From assembly GCA_030390025.1 (NCBI GenBank), contig CM059433.1, positions 4,898,001-4,962,000 on the forward strand: a stretch of DNA of 64,000 bases, read 5' to 3'. Positions 12,811 to 25,300 of this stretch are shown here, piece by piece. Both the position numbers and the translations under genes were made by a program. Position 1 is the first letter of the stretch; each line of letters starts with the position of its first letter. Source of the DNA: Squalus acanthias. Taxonomy: Eukaryota. The notes under the pieces are model-generated. The model was not told the DNA's origin. It saw nothing but the letters and a program-made list of their open reading frames with translations, and did no database searches.

Positions 12811-14315
12811 AGAGTGAGAAGCTGAGTGGGATTAGACTAAGAGGCTCATCTGGAGGAAAACACCAATGCACACCTGAATTTCCAAATAGCCTATTTCTGT
12901 GCTTGAGCTATCTATGATTTTATAATAAAAGGTAAAATGGCGTAGTGGGTAAATGTACCATGTGAGATACTGAAGCACACAGTCCAGGAAAGTCTTGGGT
13001 CCTCTAAAGGAATCAAATCTAAATTTACGATACCAAGGGATGTAACTGCATTCAGGTGTTAATTTTGTATGGAAGCATTTCCAAACAAGGTATTTGGATG
13101 AGCATAGCAATATGTAGCTATAATTGTAGTTGAACAGGATTACTAATAATTTATGTGTGACATCTTGTGCCCCTTTTGTACCAACAAGTATGTCTCAGGA
13201 TTTGCCTTCAGGAATATTTATGCAATATGTGGTAAAATTGACTATGTATAAACATGTTTTAAATTCCTTTGGTGAGTAATTGCTGTGTTAATCATTTTGG
13301 TATTGATGTATAACATAAATGCATTGTCCTATTTTCTGAAATTCGGGCATTTTTTTTCTTGGTCTCATTTTCTCCCTTTAGGGTCTTTGCCATCTAGTAT
13401 CCTCCCCCTTCAGACTTGGTGGTTTGACTGCATTTCTCGATATCTGCTATCCAACCTATTCTGTGATTAACAGTGCATGGCTTTCCCAAACTTGATTCTT
13501 CCCCCTGCCTTTTGCTGCTTCTTTCCAGTTCTAAGGTTTATTTCAGTTTGATGCTTCATCTTAGAAATGCCTGTCTGTGAACTTGTACAACTAAGACAGG
13601 CAAGTCTGAGTGTTGCAGCACTTGAAACTCTGTCTTAAATAATTAACTAGAAGCTTCTAACTATTTTGACAATTCCAGTGTTGAACGTGTCAAATGATAG
13701 GAAGGGAATATAAGCTCAATAGGTAATAAATTTGTAAAAGTATCTTGCTTTTCTTAACTTGCCTGCCCTAAAAAAACCAACAAAAAATGACATTGTGTTA
13801 TTGAATAAACTGTCTGTCATGGATAGAATAAGCGCTGCTCCTTGTCGTATGAATTTCAGTTTAAGTTTTGTTCCTAATCCTCATGGGCTGATTAGCCTGA
13901 ATGTTTCTGGTTGAAAATATCTTAAGATAACAGTATAGTTGGTAGCCTGCGAGCACGGAAAAGTGTAGGACCTCTGATGGGATGAAGTAGTCCACCGTTA
14001 AAAGCACCTGAAGTGAAATTTTGCCCTGTGTGATTTGTTTGGAGATACCAATGGAGTGTGAAATACAATTTGAAGATGAGGCAATACTATGTCTGTGAGT
14101 AATAACATTTTACATTGTTACTTTATCTATATAGTGCCTCATTTTCTTTGTGTGCTTTTCTACTTTCGAATTGGTTCTTTTCTTTATTTTTCTGTTTCAT
14201 CAATCACTTTCTACAAAACAAAAATCAGAAACATGGAAAATAAACTGATCCAGTGGGGTATGTGGGTGGAGTACAAATGACCACCAGCTTGGAAACTAGC
14301 GGTAGGACATCTTGA

Positions 14316-14980
14316 TCAATCTGCCCTGCCACCTTCAACGATTTGTGCACCTATACCCGCCAGGTCTCTCTATTCATGCACCCCCTTTAGAATTGTACCC
14401 TTTAGTTTATATTCTCTCTCCTCGTTCTTCCTACCAAAATGTATCACTCCGCACTTTTCTGCGTTAAATTTCATCTGCCACGTGTCTGCCCATTCCACCA
14501 GCCTGTCTATGTCTTCCTGAACTCTATCACTCTCCTCCTCACTGTTCACTATACTTCCAAATTTTGTGTCATCTGCAAATTTTGAAATAGTGCCCTGTAC
14601 ACCCAACTCCAAGTCATAGAGGTGTTCAAAATCATGAAGGGTTTTTATAGAGTAAATAAAAAGAAACTGTTTCCAGTGGCTGAAGGACCAGTAACCAAAG
14701 GACACATATTTAATGTAATTGGCAAAAGAACCAGAGTCGACACGAGGAAAACATTTTTTACGCAGTGAGTCATTATGATCTGGAATGCACTGTCTGAAAG
14801 GCTGGTGGGAGCAGATTCACTAGTAACTTTCAAAAGGGAATTGGATAAATACTTGAAGGGGAAACATTTGCAGGGCTCTGGGGAAAGATCAGGAGAGTGG
14901 GACTAATTTGATAGCTCTTTCAAGGAGCTGGCATAAGCATGATGGGCCGAATGGTCCCCTTCTGTGCTGTATGATTCTGT
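14316..14980. mobile_element. CR1 insertion with inverted 5' segment (14316-14617 minus, 14616-14980 plus)
   Basis: Minus-strand ISKFADDTK segment joined directly to plus-strand EVFKIMKG...3' UTR; same subfamily as 24030-24932. Confidence 0.8.
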
Positions 14981-16842
14981 GTGTCCAGGCATACAGCCTC
15001 TTCTATAGCTTGACCTCTACCGTGGCTCCGTAAGTCATACTGTGAGAGAGCCACAAGTATATTTTTAAAAGAAAGCATTTGATCAGTATTTTAGTCCTAT
15101 AAACAGTCACCCCTGCTTAGCCTTAATTATGTTAGGTGAGCCTTTTTAATGAAAACCTTGAATTTAATTTTGCAAGACAACCGTTCCATCCTTTTTTGAT
15201 GAGAAATTTTCACATTACATTTCAGGTAATTTCGGCATTAAGTGTATGGAGATTACTTCAGAATACCTGAAAAATTACACTTCACTACTTTGTTGCATTG
15301 TAACCAGGCATCATAGTGTATTGAGAGCAATGTGCCACAGGTAAAAGGAAATGCAGGGCACTGTGTTTTGATGTGCCTGTATGCTTTTTGTGATGCTGTT
15401 AATTCATCCCTTCAAATTGCTCCACTGCTACTACCTGTAGACCTGCAACTGTCAGTCGTTCACCCAAGTGTAACATAGCTTGCTTAAAATACTCTCTTGG
15501 TACACAAGTTTGCAATCATAAAATCTAGAATGATTCTGCTGGATGCTTTCAATTCAACTGGATGTAGCACAAAATTTCACATCTGCCAACAGTTTGCATT
15601 TATCTATAGCACTTATTAATTTGGGACTTTCACAGGTCTCTACTTGGGTTCAGTGATGTCAATGTGGTTGGTTTTTCTCACTGCAGTGATCCGCTAGTGC
15701 GGCAGCGGGACCCAGGAATGGAACAATGAAACTCCCTTGTGATTTGCACCAATCTCTGTGTTGTAAGCATGTGTACTCCTTTAATCTCTGAGTTGACACT
15801 CGGCGAGACATCAAAAAGAACCCAGAACACCGAATATGATATTTACTTGGTACATTCAGCCCAATTTCTGTTTGGTAACTGTTAGAAAATAATAAAGAAT
15901 GTGCATTCCAGTTACCCACTTCAGGGAGTCTTGTGATAAGTACAACTTCTCTTTCTGCTACCTGCCCTAACAAGTAAGTAAGAGGTTGCTCTAATGTCAT
16001 AAGACCAGACATTACTAATGAATGGGCCGTTGTTTGAGAACTCTTCAAAACAATGGCCCTTCCTGCATTTAAAATACCGCTTGACTGCCACTGGATTTAG
16101 ATCTCAGCATGGGACTATCTGGAGCAGCTAAGTACTCTAGTCAAGCTTCTGCTTAATGGCTGCATATAGTGACATTCACACAAGTCCCAGCCAGAATTGA
16201 GACGTTTGGGGTAATTCCCCATTCCATCACGCCTAGAGACCTGCACTGTTGTAAATAACTGGTATTGATTTTATGCACATAATTTGTATTATGTAACAAT
16301 CATCCACTCGCTGCATCTTGCTGGAGATATAATCCTACTGTACTCGGGAGACTCTGTTGTAGTTTCGGGCATAAGTTCGGAGACTTTGTTTGCAAGTTCC
16401 GTCCCGCCTCCAACTCATTGGCTGACATAGTGGTGTCAATAATCACTCCGTTGCTTAAAACTCATTTTAAGAGCTTGTGACTGATTAAATTCGTGGACAA
16501 ATTAGCCACAGAATTCCGGACCATGACGAGTGCTCGTAATATAGAAAAATGTTTTTATTAACTTAGCACCATAATAATGTACTGAAATCCCATTGACATT
16601 ATCGTAGTTCATTTTGAAATTAGAATGTTGATGGATTTCAGAATGCTGCTTTGGACCTCCCATGGCTTTGTGCAGGACAAGTCACCTAAGATGTTGATAT
16701 CTTAACTGAGTCTTGTGATGCCTGGGCTGAGATTTGTGGCTGTTTTCTACACTGTGATGCGGAGATGCCGGTGTTGGACTGGGGTGGACAAAAATGAGAA
16801 GTCGCACAACACCAGGTTATAGTCCAACAGTTTTATTTGAAA

Positions 16843-16879
16843 TCACGAGCTTTCGGAGCGCTGCTCCTTCGTCAGGTAA
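16843..16879 (-). ncRNA. Minimal type-I hammerhead ribozyme motif (left arm)
   Basis: Reverse complement of the 17128-17164 motif. Confidence 0.72.
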
Positions 16880-17127
16880 AGTGAAGGAATACAAATCAGC
16901 AAAGCATATATAGACAGAGAACAATGTGTGGCGTACAATGTCAGACGACTACAGTAAATCTTTCTGACTGCTCTCCATCACACCTCGGCAGAGATACAAT
17001 CAGGCCTGATTGTATCTCTGCCGAGGTGTGATGGAGAGCAGTCAGAAAGATTTACTGTTGTCGTCTGACATTGTACGCCACACATTGTTCTGTCTATATA
17101 TGCTTTGCTGATTTGTATTCCTTCACT

Positions 17128-17164
17128 TTACCTGACGAAGGAGCAGCGCTCCGAAAGCTCGTGA
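17128..17164 (+). ncRNA. Minimal type-I hammerhead ribozyme motif (right arm, sense to ROCK2 pre-mRNA)
   Basis: TTAC-CTGACGA-A-GGAGC-agc-GCTCC-GAAA-GCTC-GTGA; predicted cleavage after CUC at 17160. Confidence 0.72.
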
Positions 17165-17234
17165 TTTCAAATAAAACTGTTGGACTATAACCTGGTGTTG
17201 TTTGACTTCTCATTTTTTCTACACTGTATTCAGA

Positions 17235-17900
17235 GTTTAAAAGCCATTGTCTTTGGTTCCCCCACACAAACTTCGTACCTTGCCATTAATTCCATCCCCT
17301 CCTTAGCCATTGTCTCCAGTTCAATGAGCCTATTCACAACCTCAACATCCTGTTCGGCCTTGAGCTGAGCTTCGATCCCAGACCCTCTTCAGAATAAAGA
17401 CCGCCTACTTCTACCTCCAATATCATCATCCTCCGATCCTGCCTCCTCCTATCTGCTGCTGAAAGTCTCATCCATGTCGTTGTCACCTCCAGACTGGACT
17501 ATTCCAATCCTCTCCTGGCCGGCCTCCCAGTCTCCACTGTCTGTAAACTTCAGTTCATCCAAAACTCTGTTGGCCAAATGCTATCCTGTACCAAATTCCG
17601 CTCATTCCTGCCTTTGCTAACATACATTGGTTTCCAGTCCACCAAAGCCTCCAATTTAAAATTCTCATCCTTGTATTCATGGCTTTGTCCTTTACTTAGC
17701 TTCTCCCTAAACCATTCCGGCTCTCTACCTCCCTCTCTTTACCACCCTGCTTAAAACCCACTTCTTTGACCAACCTTTTGGTCACACCTCCTGATATCGC
17801 CTCCTTTAGCTCAGCGTCCATTTTTATCTGATTACACCTCTGTGAAGTGCTTTGTGACATTTTTTCTTGTTAAAGGCGCTATATAAATACAAGTTGTTTG
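17235..17900 (+). mobile_element. L2 LINE 3' fragment followed by (TG)n
   Basis: tccagactggactattccaat (SRLDYSN) and tail ttaaaggcgctatataaatacaagttgt. Confidence 0.85.
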
Positions 17901-18304
17901 TGTGTGTGTGTGTGTGTGTATACTAATTTATGACCGTGATACTTGTACATTCTTTGTCACCAACTAAGCATCACTAATTAATAGTAATTTTTGATGGGGT
18001 AAATATCATGAGTATTGTGGGCCTAAACTGTATCACTTCACTCTCTTTCTGCTCCGCTTCCCCCAAAATAAAATATAATTTGGTATGGATTCTAATTTTC
18101 CTCCTAATTTTCTCCCTTTCTCCTCCTAGCTCCTGCAGGGGTACAGTTCCACAGATAACAGGTGCTCTTCGATACCTGGCGCAAATGACCATTATTAATT
18201 TGTGAGATTATAAATTAAATGGTGCTTGCCTGCAGGTTGTTCTATTACAGGGGTATCACAGAGGATCGCAATCTTGTGCTCACCCAACATATATGCACAG
18301 ACAT

Positions 18305-18525
18305 ACTTCGAATAGGGGGTCACTGAATAGCAATCAGGAGTGAGAATTCTGGCTAAAATTTTGCCTTCCGTGCCCCTGCCCCCCCTTTACTATCTCTGTC
18401 CATTTCCCCATTTGAACCAGGGAGGAAAGTTGTAGTTTCCTCACCACTTTCCCAGTTGAGATTGGCTAACTCAGCATGCACTATGGATCAAACATGGGAC
18501 CTTGTTGATTTGTATGGTAGCAGAT
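18305..18525 (-). mobile_element. Old tRNA-derived SINE-like fragment
   Basis: gagattggctaactcagc...ggatcaaacatgggacc resembles 27460-27500 and 39233-39290. Confidence 0.45.
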
Positions 18526-20255
18526 TTCAGCATCCCAGTAAATATGACTTTTTAACGCATGTGAAGCAGGATGCTAAGATCAATGCACCAGAAATGCTTG
18601 CTGACCTGAAAATGGATGAACAACTGGAGTGAATCATTACAATATCAGATTCAACAAAACAGTAATAAAGTGGAGGGGGTGGGGGCTACCTTTGGAAAAG
18701 AACACGTTTGCTTTGTGTTCTAAAGCAAAGCTAGGTAGGAGAGACTATAAAATAACTGAAGAATGAAATTTATTTTGTAAGTGTTTTGAGGGAGATAGAG
18801 TGGAAGTATACACCTACAACAAAAAGAAACAATGTAATGAGATTAAGTAGCTAAATGGAGATCAGAGACTAACTGGTAGAAGGTGTAACACATCAAAAAG
18901 TAGTTGGGAATGGGAGTCATTCAAAAGTCAGATGAAGAAAATTGAAGAAAAGTGAAAGTAGATTCTTGATAGCAGCACGAGGTAACAAATGGATTTTTTT
19001 AAAGCTCCGTATGAAATAGTAAAGACAGCATAGGTTCTTCAAGGGACATTTTATCCAGAAATATCTTTAAGGAACAAGAAGTGTTAAAGGAATTATTCAC
19101 TGGACAGATTTGTGATCCAGTCAATCTTGCTTGGGATCCTGCAATAGCAGTCAGTGAAATACATTGTGAAGGAACTCAAAAGGAATAAATATGTCAGGAT
19201 ACACCTCAAGGAAATGGAGAAAGAAAAGTTCATATTGTATATGGTCTGGAAGGACCAGAAGTGATGGATCAAGCGGCTTTTTAGTTTTCTACATGTTTTG
19301 TTTTGTCTGATTCTTCTCCACGTGTTCCGCTTGCCTTCCGGATTTAGCGAAAGTAGTATGGTGACATGCTGATTCTTTGTTTGATTATTCATACAGAGAG
19401 CCACATTTCTGGGGCTACAGTATGTCTGTTAGCAAGACAGGTTTCTTCTGTTTGCCTTTACTTGTTTAGTCACTGCATATTTTTAGACAGCAAGATCATT
19501 TTCACTGAACAGTCAGTGCTATGCAAGATCTTTGCCAAGCAAAACTTTAAAAAGGTTACAGCCAGAAACAGCATTAAACTGTTACTTATGTCATCAATGT
19601 TGGCCACAAAACAGTCATAGTACTGTATGTAGAAATGAGATGATAAATGGCTTCCTTCTTTGGGCAAAAGTGAAATGATGCAAGAATTATTGATACTTTC
19701 CCTTCACCAAACACAGTGGTTCTGATCCATTTGATAGGTTTTCTTTAATGTCCTCTCTGGACTCTTTCCAACCAAGGAAGGGAGTATCTTCCCGTCTCGA
19801 TTAATGCTGCTGTGGTACTACTCCGGGAAAGGAACAGTCCATTGAGTTGACTTCTGATTTTTCTTTTTTTTTTCCCCTTCTGCTTGCAAAGCAGTTGATG
19901 TCTGCCCTAAGAGCTAGATTAGATCAAGTACTCACTGTGCAATATAATGCAGACCAGTGGCCTTTTTGTGGTGTAGCCTGTTGGCACATGCAACATGCTA
20001 GATCACTTTTTTCTTTTTAAGCTTTTTAAATTTAATTTCCACTTTATATTTCTGTTTGCTTTTGTTTGAATCCAGCCTTGTACTAATTGTAAAAAAAAAA
20101 TATTTTGAACAAAGCAAAATGTTAGAAATACATAGATCCATCAGTGTTTTAAAGAAAAAAAACACTATATTGGACTGAGATCTTTTGTTAGAACCAAAAA
20201 AGGAAGACAGGAATACAAAGTCCAGGACTGCTGTTATGCTAACTATTATATAAAG

Positions 20256-20716
20256 TGTCAGTTGTGGATCAGTGGGCAGCACTCTCGCCTCTGAAGTCAG
20301 TAGGTGTGGGTTCAAGTCCCACTCCAGAGCCTTGAGCACAAAAATCTAGGCTGACACTCCAGTACAGTGCTGAGGGAGTGCTGCACTGTCGGAGGTGCCG
20401 TCTTTTGGATGAGACATTAAACCGAGGCCCCGTCTTGCTCTCTCAGATGGATGTAAAAGATTCCATGGCACTATTTTGAAGAAGAGCAGGGGAGTTATCT
20501 CCGTTGTCTTGGCCAATATTTATCCCTCGAGCAACATAACAAAATCATTATCACATTGCTGTTTGTGCGAGCTTGCTGTGTGCAATTGGCTGCTGCGTCT
20601 CCTACATTACAACAGCGACTACCTTCAAAAGTACTTAATTGGCTGTAAAGCGCTTTGGGATGTCCTGAGGTCGCGCAAGGCGCTATATAAATGCAAGTCT
20701 GTCTTTCTTCTTTCTT
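20256..20716 (+). mobile_element. Full-length Deu-domain SINE (tRNA head, Deu core, L2-like tail)
   Basis: A-box-like tggatcagtgggcagc, B-box ggttcaagtcc, Deu core gagggagtgctgcactgtcggaggtgccgtc, tail aggcgctatataaatgcaagtct. Confidence 0.88.
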
Positions 20717-20797
20717 TTAGAGGCAGCTAATAGCCCAGAACCAGATTTTTCTTTTAAACTGGAAGAGGTGAAAATAGGAAATGATAATCCAAGCATA

Positions 20798-21310
20798 CTA
20801 CAACAACTTGAATTTACATAGTTCCCTTAACGTAGTGAATCATTCCAAGGCGCTTCACAATAACGTAATCAGACAAATATTGACACAGAGCCAAAGGAGA
20901 CATTGGGACATGTGACCAAAAGCTTGGTCAAAGAGTTAAGTTTTAAGGAGGGGCTTAAAGGAGGAGAGAGAGGCGGAGGTTTATGGAGAGAATTCCAGAG
21001 CTTGGGGCCTAGATGGCTGAAGGCACAGCCGCCACTGGTGATGCAAAGGAAGTGGGGATGCACAAGATGCCAGAGTCAGAGGAACGCAGAGTTCTCAGCA
21101 GGTTGTAGGGCTGGAGGCGGTTACACAAATAGGGAAGGACGAGGCTGTGGAAGGATTTGAACATGAGGATGAGAATTTTTAAATCGAGGCGTTGGTGGAT
21201 CGGAAGTCAGTGTAGGTCAGTGAGCACAGGGGTAATGGGTAAACGGTACTTGGTGCGAGCTAGGATAAGAGCAGTAGAGTTTAGGATGAGCTTAAGTTTA
21301 TGGAGGTTGG
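20798..21310 (-). mobile_element. L2 LINE 3' fragment
   Basis: Tail acaacaacttgaatttac; aligns with 42555-43680. Confidence 0.85.
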
Positions 21311-22389
21311 AATATGGGAGAAGATCATTAGACTAGGAATACCCAGCAGTGTCCCACTGATGGCTTGTCTGAAATGGCAAATTTGCTGTTTGGCAAATCA
21401 CAGGCAGAAGCCCATCACCCCCCGCCACCCCCCCCCCAAAAAAAAAATGAACAATGTTTGCACTCCATTTGAGCATACACTGCTCTCATGAGACAGGAAC
21501 AGTCTGGTATCTGCCAAAATATAGTTGGAGATTTGGGGTTCTTCATTCATTGTAGTGCTCCAGAGTTTATGGGCTGATTTGGTGGGCAATATTAACATTT
21601 GGGAGAGACTGGATCAAGCAAGTTGTGTAGATGAGGTGAAGCCTGAGTCTAATTGTAGTTGGGACTGGTTGGAGTAAAAGAGGAAATGTAATTTTCTGGA
21701 GACCATCAGTAATGGTGGAAGATTCCATTTGAAGCCAGATTGATTGCTTGCTGGGCAAAGTTTTAGTTAATTTTACTGAGTCTGTATAAATAGGGTATAA
21801 TTTGGGTTAACACAACAACAATATGGAGCTTTTGGATGAGTTTAATGATACTGAGATTGGTGTAATAAAGCTTGCATGATGTAGAGAAGCTATTGAAATC
21901 CCATTGGTGAAGATTGAGAAAGAAATGTTAAACATTACATCCTTTAAACTACTGTTTGACAAATCTTTGAAAATGTTGGAAATCGAGATGGTGATGAAGT
22001 ATTACATTGTTTGTGTAGCCTGTCAAATGGTTTTGTCTGGTACTATTTTTGGTTATGGAATGGACGTAGAGAGAACAAGTAGCAATAGAGAAGGAAATGA
22101 GTAGTGAAAGCGTTTAAATAGCGTTTCCTGACCAAAATATTAAAAAAAAAATGCCAACCCAAGACACAGGATGAGTCATTTCCTGGATTACTGACCTCTA
22201 ACTTAAATTGCTTGATGCTTTCACAGCTCTTGTCTTGAAATCATAAGGGCCAAGTTAAAAATATTTCACTATTAGCAATGAATTTTGAGATGGGAGTATA
22301 TTTGCAAATTGTGAGTAATTAAGCACTTTCTTCTCCTGCTTTACTCCCAGAGGCTTTCAGAGTCATTATTATTGGACCATTCCCAATCA

Positions 22390-23520
22390 GAAATTGATTG
22401 GAGAGATTTTAAATGGGGAGTTGCATGAAAGACAGAACAGATTTGGGAGGTGACAACGTATTCAAAGAACTTTGAAGAGGAAAAGGAAATTGGAGATGGG
22501 GTGGTAGTTTGCAATAACGGGGGTGAAGGGTGGGATTTTTGAGGATGGGGCTGAGGACAGCACTTTTTGATTAGGAAGGGGAACAGTACCTCAAGAGAGG
22601 GAATCATTTATAACGTCAGCTAGCATGGGGCCAGTGAGGGAAGTTGGGTGGTCAACAGCTTCATAAGAATGGTATCAAGAGCGCAGAAAGTGTGTCTTGT
22701 GAACAGGATCGACTTGGTGGGAGCATCAGGGGTGATGGGAGAGAAACTAGACCGAGAAGTGGGTCCAAGGCTAAGGGTGGGCAGAGCCGGGGGAAGGTGA
22801 GAAAAGGGATGGAGGCGAAGCAGCAGAGGCAGCTGAAAAGATGTTCAATCTTGTGACACAAGTTCATGAGCTTTTTGTTGGAGGTGAGGGCGGAGGGGAT
22901 GGAAGAGAGGGGTTGAAGGAGGCGATTTGTAATGGAGAAAATAAGCTGGAGTTACCTTTGCTCTCTAAGTTGATCGGATTAGTGGACTGAGACCCGATAG
23001 CACTTGAATTGGTTCAGCCAGATCTGCTGTTGATGCACAACTGGTTTAGTCATCCAAGTCTCCGCACTTGGATTTAAGGAAGCAAAGATACCAGGGGAAG
23101 AGAGCGTAAAGGTTTTACTGGAGACACAGGCATCAAGAATGGATTGAGGGAGTGGTTGAGCAAATCAATAGCCGCTGACATATCATGGTGAATGGTAGAC
23201 CAAAGGGTAGGCAGTTGGGTGTTTGAAAGTGTAGTTGTAAATGACCTTGGAGAGTTTTGTGCCCCCAAGAATGGATGCAGAAGCAAGTGTGGTTGAAAGA
23301 GGGTGGTGAGGAATACAAGGAAGTTGTCAGAGATGGCGTTGTCAGTGATCTGGACCCTGGAAGTAGGTAAGTCCTGGGAGATGGCAAGATTGGGTGGTGG
23401 TCATGAATATGGGTAGGAGCGTTTATATGGAGGGAGAGGTTTAGAGAGGACGGGAGAGCATTAAAATCACAGGAGAGAGTGACTGAAGAGTTGGAATGGA
23501 ATGGCGATAAAACTGAAGGA
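22390..23520 (-). mobile_element. Older L2-like LINE internal fragment (endonuclease-RT linker)
   Basis: Purine-rich + strand, degenerate minus-strand L2 ORF2-like peptides; no terminal sequence. Confidence 0.5.
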
Positions 23521-23849
23521 ATACATTCAGTATCAACATTGTTTTGGACTTGAGTTGAGCATCAGACAGACCTGGCATGCCACTTGTAACTTTTTTTTAA
23601 ATTTGTTTGGTTTCTTTGTCTATTAATGGTAGTTTTTAAACATGCTTTGGTAAAACCGAGTTATAATGCTGAACATTTCACTTGCACTGAAAGTTTTATT
23701 GCTTATCTGCTTAAAGATGTTGTTGAACAGGTGGTTCTCGTTCAATTATATTACATTTCAGGCATATGTTTCCTCACAGAATTGGATGTAAATCACCGTT
23801 CCTTCATTGTTGCTGGGTCAATTTGCTGAAATTCCCTACTTAACATCAT

Positions 23850-23980
23850 CATAGTAGTGCCATCACAGGCAGCTGCAGTTCAAGAAGGTGGCCCATCCCC
23901 AATGTCTCATGGCAACTAGGGATGGGTAAAAATGTGACCTTGCCATCATTGCCCACATCCCAAGAACAAATAATTTTTTT
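23850..23980 (+). mobile_element. Short 3' tail fragment of a non-LTR element
   Basis: gctgcagttcaagaaggtggc...actagggatgggt...gcccacatcccaag, recognised from memory as a shark LINE tail. Confidence 0.4.
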
Positions 23981-24029
23981 AACATTCATGGTGTTAGCTG
24001 GATGGTTGAATGAGTGCAGAAAAAAGAGC

Positions 24030-24932
24030 ACGTTTGAGAGAGACAATAGGATAGTGATATACTTCAAGAAGACACAGACAGGCTGGTGGAATGGGCGGAC
24101 ACGTGGCAGATGAAACTTAACACAGAAAAGTGCGAAATGATACATTTTGGTAGGAAGAACGAGGAGAGGGAATATAAACTAAAGGGTACAATTCTAAAGG
24201 GGGTGCATGAACAGCGAGACCTGGGGGTATATGTGCACAAATCATTGAAGGTGGCAGTGCAGGTTGAGAAAGCAGTTAAAAAAGCATACGGGATCCTGGG
24301 CTTCATAAATAGAGGCAGAGAGTACAAAAGCAAGGAAATTATGATGAACCTTTCATGAAACACTGGTTTGTCCTCAACTGGAGTATTGTGTCTAATTCTG
24401 GGCACCTCGCCTCAGGGAGGATGGGAAGGCCTTCGAGAGGGTGCAGAAAAGATTTATGAGAATGATTCCAGGGATGAGGGACTTGTTACGTGGAAAGACT
24501 AGAGAAGCTGGGGTTGTTCTCCTTGGAGCAGAGAAGGTTGAGAGGAGATTTGATGGAGGTGTTCAAAATCATGAGGGGTCTAGACAGAGTAGATGGGGAG
24601 AAACTGTTCCTGTTGGTGGAAGGGTCGAGAACCAGAGGACACAGATTTAAGGTGATTGGTAGAAGAACCAAAGGCGACATGAGGAAAAACTTTTTTACGC
24701 AGCGAGTGGTTATGATCTGGAATGCACTACCAGAAAGGGTGGTGGAGGCAGACTCAATCGTGGCTTTCAAAAGGGAATTGGATAAGTACCTGAAGGGGGG
24801 GAAAAAAATTTGCAGGGCTACGGGGAAAGGGCGGGGGAGTGGGACTAGCTGAAGTGCTCTTGCAGAGAACCGGCACGGGCTCGACTGGCCGAATGGCCTC
24901 CTTTCTTGTGCTATAACCATTCTATGATTCTA
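24030..24932 (+). mobile_element. CR1 LINE 3' ~900 bp
   Basis: WADTWQMKLNTEKC...GLFSLEQRRLRGDLMEVFKI...FFTQRVV; tail ttctatgattcta. Confidence 0.92.
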
Positions 24933-24957
24933 AAAGAAAGCGAGAGAGAAAGAGGGG

Positions 24958-25300
24958 ACCATAAGAACAGGAGTGGGCTATTCAACCCCTCGAGCCTCTT
25001 CAGCCAATCAATCACATCATAGCTGATCTGTACCTCGTCCTTTGACCCATATCCCTTGATACCCTGACCTAACACAAATCTATCGATCTCAGTCTTGAAA
25101 TTTCAATTGACCTAGCATCCACAGCTTTTTGGAGGAGATTCTAGATTTCCACTATCCTTTGTGTGGAAAAGTGCTTCCTGATTTCAGTCCTAAATGGCCT
25201 CGCTGTAATTTTAAACTTATGCCCTCTTGTTCTAGATACCCCCACAAGACGAAATAGCTTCTCTGTATTTATCCTATCAAATTCTTTTATTATTTCAAAC
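24958..25300 (-). mobile_element. CR1 3' fragment, tail-to-tail with the previous copy
   Basis: cataagaacaggagt tail; minus-strand SRTRGHKFKI...FRTEIRKHFSTQR. Confidence 0.85.

Larger units (their letters stand above)
16756..17214. mobile_element. Fold-back (palindromic) insertion, probable PLE terminus (family B), with 13-bp TSD
   Basis: Near-perfect inverted repeat centred on cagg|cctg (17004/17005), arms ~213 bp. TSD ttttctacactgt at 16743-16755 and 17215-17227. Confidence 0.88.

Noticed and set aside
16791..17217. Palindrome as a miRNA precursor, CRISPR array or classical MITE
   Set aside because: No repeat-spacer structure. The stem is far longer and more perfect than a pre-miRNA. The ends are asymmetric, the TSDs are long and variable (13 vs 14 bp), and a hammerhead is present, which all point to a retroelement.
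20262..20330. tRNA gene
   Set aside because: A/B boxes belong to the SINE head; there is no complete cloverleaf and it continues into the Deu core.
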